Source of the DNA: a virus
Lineage: Duplodnaviria; Caudoviricetes
Length of the DNA stretch: 26,089 nucleotides
Direction: 5' to 3' (one strand)
Virus record (IMG/VR): IMGVR_UViG_3300025084_000190
Span: 1 to 26,089 of that record
Shown here one piece after another: positions 17,897 through 26,089 of this stretch. Below the pieces are notes generated by a model, which made no database searches, was not told where the DNA came from, and worked only from the letters and a program-made list of their open reading frames with translations. Position numbers and translations under genes: made by a program. How positions within the stretch are numbered: position 1 is the first letter of the stretch; the number at the start of each line of letters is the position of its first letter.

Positions 17897-20800
17897 TTAA
17901 GTAGTTGTTTCAATACCAATAGTTCTCAAAATAGAACCAGCGGGATGGTCAACTTCGGTTGTTCCATTAAGTGCTCTAGTTATACCAGATAATCTATCAG
18001 TACCAACTTTAGAAGCATAAGAAATAATTTCTTTTCCTATAATTAATTTTCCTGATGGAGGGAAATTAGTAGTATCTGGGATATCAATTTGTAAAGTATT
18101 TCCAATTAATAAATCAGCATCTAGATATGAAGCAAGTTCTTGGATAGATGGAATTGCGAAGTTCAATACTCTACCAGTAGTTGAAATATTGCTATCAGTA
18201 ATAGCATAATTTTGTATCCAGGTATCATTACCATCATCAATAGATTTAAATTCACTGAAAGTTGTATCTAACTGTTCTAATGTAATTCCAGAAACATTTG
18301 CATAACCAACATCAATATATAGAGACTCAATAAAATCTCTTACCGATTTTCCAGGTAGATAATGACTATACAAGTATTCTGTATCACCCATCGGATTATT
18401 ATTAAGATCCAAAACACCAGATTGGTGGTATTTTGTAACTGGGTTTAGATAGGTACTATAAGAAAGATCTTTGATTATTTCATAATCAACTTCAACAGTA
18501 GTTTCATTCCAAGACAAGTTATTGCTTTGGATAGTTGTCTGTACAATAGATGTATTTTCAAATTGAGTGGTGTTGAAAGTTACTACTAATGGATCTGGAG
18601 TCACAAAACATGTCAAAATCTCTGTTGCATCAACAGGAGATAGAGAAACTACTGCTGTTAGAGATTCCATCAAATTTCTATCCCATAGATAGACTTCACT
18701 GAAGATGCTTTGCATCTTGACAGCACCATAGATACCATCTTGAGCTTTTAATTTAAAATCAAAAGATGATTCTGGGTGATTGTTTTCTCTAACGACATTG
18801 TATCCTCTAGAAATAAGTACTCTAGGAGCAATAGCGTATCCAGATCCACCATCAACTAAAACAATATCAATAACTTGTCCACCATAAACAAGAACTTCCG
18901 CTCTTGCTCCACCACCAGCAGGAGTAGATGGAACAAAGTTTAAGACAGGTGGTGAGTTGTATTGATATGCAGTAGGGTTGATTAAAATATTATTATCAAA
19001 ATACTGTTGTATATCTCTCTTATTCCAATCAAGACTTACTACGACACCATCTGCTACATTTGCAGTAACACTTAATCCTTCACCCTTTTTATCTTTATTG
19101 TATGATCCAACACTAATTTTACTAAAATAATTATTAGAAACTTGCTCGCCGGGACGATAGTCTTTAGTTTTTGCAAATAGTGGCACACTAAAAACTTCAC
19201 GTTTTTCAGATTCACCATCAATTTGTATAAAATCTCCCACTCTCAAATTAGGATGCTCTTTGATAACAATCCCTTTATATTCGTAACTATCAATTAAATC
19301 ACTGGTTGTTATAAAAGGAGAATAGTTACTTTCAACTCTATTCAACAGTCTTTCATTTTGTTCTGATAGTAAATATGAAATACTAAATGAATCAAATGAA
19401 ACACTAATAGTATCAGTAGTTCCAGCAACAGTACGTCTGGAGAAATATACGGGTTCATCCGGAATTAAATCTACGTTTTGCGACCTGATAAACATTTCCC
19501 AGTCATCACCGTTAGAAAGACCAATATCAATAACTTCTCCCCAAACTCTTTGTGTGCCACCAACAATTTGATAAACCGTAGTTTTGTATGATGTGTTTTG
19601 TTTAAACCATGAATCAACTTGATTTCTGGTTCCTGCTCCAGTGAAAGTAACAGTTGTTCTGTTAAAGTAGGTATCGTTTTCAAAATCAAATAGTGTTACT
19701 GTAGAATTATAATCTTTTCCGTAGAAATATAAAATATCGACAGTAGCAGTGGTGTACGAACCATCTGGTTGTTTAGCATATCCCAAAGGATTCTCGAATG
19801 TAACAGAAGAACCATTAATTCTATAAGAAATGGAATCTCTCTGTAGAACACCGTCCACAAAAACATATGCATACAGTGGGGAATCGAAGTTTTTAACTCT
19901 TCCGTAACTATCTAAAATTGGATATGGATATGATGATCCATTAAAAGGTATTAATTTATTATTAATTCCCAGTCTCTCATATGATCCTACACTATATCCA
20001 AAGAAGTATTCTTCATTTTGTAATTGATCAGGAACACCTTCGTAAAGGTCTTTATGATTTTTCGGTGCTTTAGAGAATACAATTTGATCAGTTTTTGCTG
20101 AACTATTGAATCTTCTAATTTCATAGGAACCCTGTTGCAGAACAGAATTTAGATAGATTAAGAAATTTTCATTCTTGTCAGATTTTACAACTGAATTATC
20201 TTCATAGAACAAATCGAAGATCCTCGTTCTACCGTCAAAGTTATTAGTAATATTTTTTAACTTTTTCAGATACTTATTATTATCTACATCTTCTCTGAAC
20301 TGGAAACCTCTGATATAATAATTTTGTGCAGGAACATCAACTATATTACCATCTACAAGTTGTTGTCTCTTGCCAATAGGTGGTTCGTAGAATGTAATCT
20401 GATTACCATCAATTTTATATGATGTTCCAGGATTTTGTGCTACACCATCAATAGTAATCATGATAGACTGATTATTATCAGGGGAGAATGCAGTTCCTGT
20501 ACTTTTATCTTTTAATGTAAATGTTTTATTTCCAATTTTAAGACCAGTAGAGTCATCATATTTCCCATCAAATTCTGGAGACAATACAATTTCTCTAACT
20601 CTAGTTAGAGTCTCATCAAAAGAATCTACAGATGCAGATCCAGCACCTCTAACAATAGTAGAATCTTCAACTTTAATTACTTCTGTAGTAATAGTTCTTC
20701 TTGTAGTATAAGAAGAAACTGCTGCTGTTGGTAGAATTAAATAATTAGTTATTTTTTCGGAAGGTGACTGATCACCTTTCATTTTGATGTCAGCCGAAGA

Positions 20801-23800
20801 TTCAATGTAAACCTCCCCGAACATTTTAAATCCAGCTGGATGTGTAGTATCTTTTACTAGATTTCTCCAGTTATTGATAGGAGTTTTACTTCTAATAACA
20901 TATGAATAATCTTGGTAAAAATAAGAATCAGTAATTCTTTGATTTACCGAGCTCAATTTTCCTCTGTCGGAATTGAATTTGCCAAGAGTCCTTGTTCTGG
21001 TATTAATTACTGGAGTGAAAAAAGTTTTAGTAACAGAGATTACATTTGCTGTTTTACCTTTTGATCTTCCATTAATAGGATAACCCTCTCGGAATACTCC
21101 ACTAACATTGACTAAACGTAAAATATTAGATCCTTTATTCCATCCATTAGATGCAACTTTACCAGAAGCAAATATAACACCATTTATTTTTTGCTCAATA
21201 CGCTCTCCATCACCAAATGAATCTAATTCAAAATTAGATAAAGTCAGTACTTGTGGGGCTTCGTAGTAAGATTGGATAGAATCATCTTTAAAATAAAAAG
21301 TACCATTATTAATGAACCTGATACTTTGAGGAATTCCAATATCATTAGACTCGAAGAATAGTTTATTATCAGTCTCAATAATATCAATTTTTGGTGTGGA
21401 ATAGTAATCCTTACCAGGATTTAAAATTTCTACTGCAGTAACAGTACCATTATCAACTTTGACTGCCAACTCTAATCCAGTTCCATCGCCGGAAACATAT
21501 GCTTTAGGTTTAGAATAATTTTGTCCAGCAAAATCAATATCTATTTTACTAATAGAATTAGATGATGCATCACGAACTGCTTTTACTTCTGCTTTATATC
21601 CTTGTGCAGGAACAACTCCTTCGATTGAAGGAAGAAATTCATAATTCTCTCCAAGATTGTCTAATACAATAGAAGCAATTTTGCCTACAGATCTGCCTTT
21701 GTACTGAATATTACCAGATCCATCGTATTGAGGTACGTCATCCAAACTATAAACAAATTTGGTATCGGTTGTAAATACAACTCGTTTGCGACCAGCAAGA
21801 GGATCTTCCTTAACTCTTAAGAAAGAACTATTAGTATTTGTGGAAGAATTTGTAAGGAAATAGTAATATGTAGTATAGTCTACATTTTTTCTTTTAACAT
21901 CTCCGATGTTTGCACCATATCCTAATCTGATTCTGACAAATGATCCAGCATTTCCTGGTTCTGCCAATCCAACTTCTTTTTCTTCTGTGAATACATTATA
22001 ATTTGAACTAGTAGAAATATCTAAATATGATCCCAACATGGAAGGGTGACTAGTGTCAAATTTGTAAAAGTAATATTTTTGAATATCTACAATAGGATTT
22101 GTTAAGAAATTAGTATTGTCCAGAGAAAATAGTAGTCTATCATCTAAAGGATCTACATTAGATACTGATACAATCTTTGTGGGAACACTATGATCTGGGA
22201 ATGATGAAACCGATGTTATTTCATTCGGACTAATAGCATCAAATCCATAATTAACTACTAATCTATGAGTAATTTCATCATAAGAAACAACAAACGGATC
22301 ATTAACAGTATTGCCAATAATTTGAGTTCCTGGAGTAAATCTATATTTTGGTTGATATGAAGTTACTACAGAATTGGGAAGATGATTAACAACAGTAGTT
22401 CCATTAACACCCCTCTCTAACGATACTTTTCGATTGTTAGAATCTACAGAAGTTACTCTAATAATCTCACTACCTACTGATAGCAAGTCATTCTCGGAAA
22501 GAGAAAATGTTTTATCTAAAACAATTTCAGTTCTCTGTAATCCTAATCCAACAGCATTAACAGATAATAGAGGAATAGCAGTACTTGGTTCTGGGTATAC
22601 AACAAGTTCTCCGACCATTTCTGGGTGAGATACACAAACGTAATAATATGTACCTGGTGCTTGAGGAGCAAACGTAATAGTCTCTGTCTCGTCAGAAGAT
22701 CCATTATTAGTTACTCCTGTTGCAGGAGTATATGTTGCTATCTCTAATGCAACACCATCTTCTTGTCTAATCGTAGTTGAATAATCAGAAACAATCCAAA
22801 TAACATGACCAGGTATTGGATTTACAGTAAATGTAGACCCAACACGCATATCATATGCAGGATTTATTACACCGTCAACATCGAATCTAAATTGTGGTAA
22901 AGGTGCTCCAGGACCAGAAGTAGTTCCACTTGCAGTAATTGATATACCATTAATAGTGACAGAACTATCTAATAACTCTCCAGGAACAGTTGTGCGATAT
23001 TCAAACCAATCGTTGTCTGTATCTTCCCCCAGGTAGATATGTTCAACTCCATTACTATCAATAAAAATATCATTTACCTCACCTACAAATGCTATTACAG
23101 CAGCTTTGTCTGCACTATCTACTTGGAAAAACCCAATATCATATAATGCAACTTCGTCTGCATTCAATTGAACCATTACTGGGTCAATATCAGCATCAAA
23201 AATTGTAGGATCTGCTTTTGCAATACTAGCTGGATTAATAGTTAATATATCATCACTAGTGTATCCAGAACCACCATCGGTAACTACAATAGATTCAATT
23301 TGACCGCTAAAATCAAAATTAGTAGTATTTACAGTTACTGTTGCTTTAGCATTATCACTATCACCAGGAGATCCTACAGTTTCTCTAACATTTGTAAAAT
23401 TACTGAAAATGAGCTCCACATTCTCATAAACTCCGCCAGCATAGTCTCTACCAAGACCAACCATGGTGGAATCACCAACTCCTGTATCATTTATTTTTCC
23501 TCTAAATGATTGTGGAGTAAGATTGACTTCTTGATAATCTTTCTTGGCAACGTAATATAATGTTTCGGTGACAGATTCGTCAGGATCAATTTGGATATCT
23601 ACATCATCTCCTTCAGCAAAATCATGTACTCCTGCAGTTTCTGCAATAGCAATAGATTCATTTACTGAGGTAATGTCTACTCCCTGACTTAAGTTGGTAA
23701 TAGCAACAATTTCTGAACCAGCAGTGTTTGCTAAATCACCACTCTTTAAAATAGTTTTTCCTTCGTCATAATTTAGATAATCTGAAAAACTACCACTGAT

Positions 23801-26089
23801 TACTTTTACTCTTACAGAATTCTGGTCAATTGTAGATGATAATACTAAAGAACTAGCGATTACATTAGATGGGTCATCAATAAGAACCAAATCTAACGTA
23901 ACATCCTTTGTATATGTACTACTCTTGCTTAACAGTATATTTAAAACTACCGAACTAGATTCAATCGGTGATCCAGATTCAAATGTATTATTAATAGCTC
24001 GCAATACAAATGTAGTCTCTTCAATAGTATCTCGAAGTAACTCTCCTGTAGCACCTGTTGATGGTTGAGTGATAGTATCGCCAGCAAACGAGTAGAATGG
24101 TTGTGCTGATGTCAATACTGATGCTTTAGTCTCTCTCGATTCTAATGATGTAACTGGTTTTCCAAAAGTGGAAGAAACTCTTCCTGTAGCACCAGATCCC
24201 CCAGTACCAGCATTATTTACATAGACTCTGGAACCAACTGAAAAGTTTGGTTGAGAATCTTCTACAATAACTCCAGAAACAGAACCTTTAGAAACAGAAT
24301 CAATGATTGCAATTTCTGACTGACCATTCTGTTCAGTTCCTGTAATAAATAATCTCTTTGCTTCTTTTGGGATAGCATTTTGAGTAACATCAGACTGATA
24401 GTTTGATTTTACTGGCAATGAGTAATAATTTTCTCCAATGATATATGGAAAAACAGGAACGCCTGTATCATCAATTGTTAGAAAATATGCATATATTCCT
24501 CTGGGAAATTCTGGGGTTACACAAAATCTTCCGTTATTAACATCTAATCGTGTTTTTCCAGTATCAACAGTTGGTGACCACTCGTAGTCATCTACAAATG
24601 TTCCCATTTCGTAGGGAGCATCTATAGGACCACCTACTCTAGATGATTTAATAGAATATCCACTTTCCATTCTGGCAATATCAGAAGTTGGATTTAATGG
24701 ATTCTCATAACCATAAGGTCCATAGATAGGATTTCCATCATATGCATAACCTAAAATAGGCGAGTGAGTCTTTGCTGCACTAGTTTCTACTAATGTAGTA
24801 GTAGCCACATTATCATTTAATCGCAATCTCAATCTTCTTGGATTTGAAATTACTCCATAGTAATTTTTATCTCTATTGTAACCTGATACTACTAATCCAC
24901 CATTGTCGTCAAGAGTTGTATTAAAATGCCTGTTTTTTACCCATTCTTTAATATTTGCTCTTGCAGATGCAGAATTTGAAAATGCATCTGGAATTACTGT
25001 AACAACTACATTTTCTTGAGTATAGAATTTACCACCAGAAATTTTTTCCAGACCAGTAATATGACCCTGTGGAGAAACGGTAGCATGATATTCAGCAAAT
25101 CTTCCTTTACCAGAAAAATCACTAATAAGAATTACCGGAGATGCTGAATAGTATTCTCCCGGATTTACAATACGAATACTAGTAATTTCTCCTGATGTTA
25201 CGATAGGTTCTAAAACAGCAGATCTACCACTAACAATTTCAATATTAGGAACAGCAGTGTAGTTACTATTATCTGTACTAACAATTCCAGAAACAGTGTC
25301 TCCAGTCAAGATAGCATCTGCTTTACCTACTACACCATTAACTAAAACGAATGGAGGTTTTTGATATCCAGATCCTCTACGAGTAACCACAAATTCTGTA
25401 ATAGGACCATATTCAATTAAATCTTCGTTTTTAAATCCAAATGCAATTGACCCATCAACAAAAAGACCAATATCTCTTCTAGGAGTCTTGTAGATTTCTG
25501 ATGTGGTAGTTGTCTCTTTTGGAATAATTTTAAGAAGTTGGGGATCTGAAAGAGTGTCAGTAACTCCTGATGGTAAAATTCTTGTGGATGGGTATGAAGA
25601 AGTGGCAAAATAGTATAAATCATCATCTTCATAGATTGAACCGACTCCTGCAAGTACTTTTGATAAAGCCTGTCCCACACTGGGATTTAAGGGAACTGAT
25701 GGACTATCTCCAGAGACATTTACTTTCCATCGATAGTTTTTATCAGAATCACTGAATAAAAGCGGATCTGCAGATTCAAACCCTGGATTAGAAACCTGGA
25801 TACGATCATTAACGGATGAATATGGGTTAGCACCATCAATAAGTAAAGTATTGAGAGTTCCGTATACTAATAAAGAAACAACACCATTAGGAGTAACAGA
25901 TTTTAATGTAGAGTAATTAGTAACTTCATCTCCTACACTATGAGTTCTATTAATTGTTCCTCTCTGTTTGATTACAAATTGGCGTGCATTCTTACCTTCA
26001 TAAGAAATTACCTCGTTATTAATAACAATGACACCATTAGTATCATCCCATCCAAATGTAGAATCTACAGTAATAGTATCACCAGTAGT
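17897..26089 (-). CDS. gp7: Giant baseplate wedge initiator, gp7-like; 5'-truncated (at least 2730 aa)
   Basis: Manual translation of 26089-25679 is open and in frame (TTGDTITVDSTFGWDD...SVPLNPS-VGQALSKV), so the true start is outside the window. Contains ITDSYFYQDYSYVIRS...WRNLVKDTTHPAGFKMFGEV (gp7-type motif), a YHYH-family-like domain and many GxGY repeats. Located immediately upstream of gp8. Confidence 0.85.
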   Translation of the reverse strand, partial: TTGDTITVDSTFGWDDTNGVIVINNEVISYEGKNARQFVIKQRGTINRTHSVGDEVTNYSTLKSVTPNGVVSLLVYGTLNTLLIDGANPYSSVNDRIQVSNPGFESADPLLFSDSDKNYRWKVNVSGDSPSVPLNPSVGQALSKVLAGVGSIYEDDDLYYFATSSYPSTRILPSGVTDTLSDPQLLKIIPKETTTTSEIYKTPRRDIGLFVDGSIAFGFKNEDLIEYGPITEFVVTRRGSGYQKPPFVLVNGVVGKADAILTGDTVSGIVSTDNSNYTAVPNIEIVSGRSAVLEPIVTSGEITSIRIVNPGEYYSASPVILISDFSGKGRFAEYHATVSPQGHITGLEKISGGKFYTQENVVVTVIPDAFSNSASARANIKEWVKNRHFNTTLDDNGGLVVSGYNRDKNYYGVISNPRRLRLRLNDNVATTTLVETSAAKTHSPILGYAYDGNPIYGPYGYENPLNPTSDIARMESGYSIKSSRVGGPIDAPYEMGTFVDDYEWSPTVDTGKTRLDVNNGRFCVTPEFPRGIYAYFLTIDDTGVPVFPYIIGENYYSLPVKSNYQSDVTQNAIPKEAKRLFITGTEQNGQSEIAIIDSVSKGSVSGVIVEDSQPNFSVGSRVYVNNAGTGGSGATGRVSSTFGKPVTSLESRETKASVLTSAQPFYSFAGDTITQPSTGATGELLRDTIEETTFVLRAINNTFESGSPIESSSVVLNILLSKSSTYTKDVTLDLVLIDDPSNVIASSLVLSSTIDQNSVRVKVISGSFSDYLNYDEGKTILKSGDLANTAGSEIVAITNLSQGVDITSVNESIAIAETAGVHDFAEGDDVDIQIDPDESVTETLYYVAKKDYQEVNLTPQSFRGKINDTGVGDSTMVGLGRDYAGGVYENVELIFSNFTNVRETVGSPGDSDNAKATVTVNTTNFDFSGQIESIVVTDGGSGYTSDDILTINPASIAKADPTIFDADIDPVMVQLNADEVALYDIGFFQVDSADKAAVIAFVGEVNDIFIDSNGVEHIYLGEDTDNDWFEYRTTVPGELLDSSVTINGISITASGTTSGPGAPLPQFRFDVDGVINPAYDMRVGSTFTVNPIPGHVIWIVSDYSTTIRQEDGVALEIATYTPATGVTNNGSSDETETITFAPQAPGTYYYVCVSHPEMVGELVVYPEPSTAIPLLSVNAVGLGLQRTEIVLDKTFSLSENDLLSVGSEIIRVTSVDSNNRKVSLERGVNGTTVVNHLPNSVVTSYQPKYRFTPGTQIIGNTVNDPFVVSYDEITHRLVVNYGFDAISPNEITSVSSFPDHSVPTKIVSVSNVDPLDDRLLFSLDNTNFLTNPIVDIQKYYFYKFDTSHPSMLGSYLDISTSSNYNVFTEEKEVGLAEPGNAGSFVRIRLGYGANIGDVKRKNVDYTTYYYFLTNSSTNTNSSFLRVKEDPLAGRKRVVFTTDTKFVYSLDDVPQYDGSGNIQYKGRSVGKIASIVLDNLGENYEFLPSIEGVVPAQGYKAEVKAVRDASSNSISKIDIDFAGQNYSKPKAYVSGDGTGLELAVKVDNGTVTAVEILNPGKDYYSTPKIDIIETDNKLFFESNDIGIPQSIRFINNGTFYFKDDSIQSYYEAPQVLTLSNFELDSFGDGERIEQKINGVIFASGKVASNGWNKGSNILRLVNVSGVFREGYPINGRSKGKTANVISVTKTFFTPVINTRTRTLGKFNSDRGKLSSVNQRITDSYFYQDYSYVIRSKTPINNWRNLVKDTTHPAGFKMFGEVYIESSADIKMKGDQSPSEKITNYLILPTAAVSSYTTRRTITTEVIKVEDSTIVRGAGSASVDSFDETLTRVREIVLSPEFDGKYDDSTGLKIGNKTFTLKDKSTGTAFSPDNNQSIMITIDGVAQNPGTSYKIDGNQITFYEPPIGKRQQLVDGNIVDVPAQNYYIRGFQFREDVDNNKYLKKLKNITNNFDGRTRIFDLFYEDNSVVKSDKNENFLIYLNSVLQQGSYEIRRFNSSAKTDQIVFSKAPKNHKDLYEGVPDQLQNEEYFFGYSVGSYERLGINNKLIPFNGSSYPYPILDSYGRVKNFDSPLYAYVFVDGVLQRDSISYRINGSSVTFENPLGYAKQPDGSYTTATVDILYFYGKDYNSTVTLFDFENDTYFNRTTVTFTGAGTRNQVDSWFKQNTSYKTTVYQIVGGTQRVWGEVIDIGLSNGDDWEMFIRSQNVDLIPDEPVYFSRRTVAGTTDTISVSFDSFSISYLLSEQNERLLNRVESNYSPFITTSDLIDSYEYKGIVIKEHPNLRVGDFIQIDGESEKREVFSVPLFAKTKDYRPGEQVSNNYFSKISVGSYNKDKKGEGLSVTANVADGVVVSLDWNKRDIQQYFDNNILINPTAYQYNSPPVLNFVPSTPAGGGARAEVLVYGGQVIDIVLVDGGSGYAIAPRVLISRGYNVVRENNHPESSFDFKLKAQDGIYGAVKMQSIFSEVYLWDRNLMESLTAVVSLSPVDATEILTCFVTPDPLVVTFNTTQFENTSIVQTTIQSNNLSWNETTVEVDYEIIKDLSYSTYLNPVTKYHQSGVLDLNNNPMGDTEYLYSHYLPGKSVRDFIESLYIDVGYANVSGITLEQLDTTFSEFKSIDDGNDTWIQNYAITDSNISTTGRVLNFAIPSIQELASYLDADLLIGNTLQIDIPDTTNFPPSGKLIIGKEIISYASKVGTDRLSGITRALNGTTEVDHPAGSILRTIGIETTT

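Noticed and set aside
25676-25678. GTG start assigned to the 2593-aa ORF
   Set aside because: The frame stays open for 137 more codons to the window end and encodes plausible gp7-type sequence, so this is an internal Val codon.
3092-25680. Short alternative-frame minus-strand ORFs (3092-3304, 5415-5612, 13538-13723, 19471-19689, 25417-25680)
   Set aside because: Nested out of frame in well-supported genes, with the L/M/I/K-rich composition typical of off-frame reading. No SD or frameshift signal noticed.
1416-25755. The many short plus-strand ORFs (60-117 aa) in the ORF track
   Set aside because: All lie antisense within long minus-strand genes and have no recognisable motifs. They are expected shadows of biased codon usage.
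7770-26089. Inteins, introns or stop-codon recoding in the very large ORFs
   Set aside because: ORFs are uninterrupted in the standard code. TAA, TAG and TGA all act as stops at tight gene junctions. No intein-terminal or homing-endonuclease motifs were noticed by eye.

Overview
The window is a single minus-strand virion-structural module of a T4-like myovirus. It is most consistent with a marine cyanomyovirus (Kyanoviridae-like), judged from gene content, gene order and TATAAATA/ATAAATA late-promoter motifs. In transcription order (right to left): a giant gp7-like baseplate wedge protein, whose frame is open past the window end so the listed GTG start is internal; gp8 baseplate wedge; a 2714-aa VrlC/DUF4815-like protein; a 64-aa coiled-coil protein; an accessory cassette of three fibre-like genes (630, 472, 214 aa) plus a 723-aa S8 subtilisin-like protease; then 63-, 110- and 239-aa genes and the 5' end of one more gene. 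The main findings are: (i) intact cupredoxin-type ligand sets (His...Cys-x2-His-x2-Met) on both the protease C-terminus and inside gp7, plus a possible ligand-less third copy, suggesting a copper-binding, protease-armed tail; (ii) two adjacent fibre genes that share an N-terminal anchor, a 21/22-nt identical 5' end and the same ACTAAATACT promoter-like 10-mer, which suggests a swappable fibre cassette. All family assignments come from motif recognition by eye; no searches were run.
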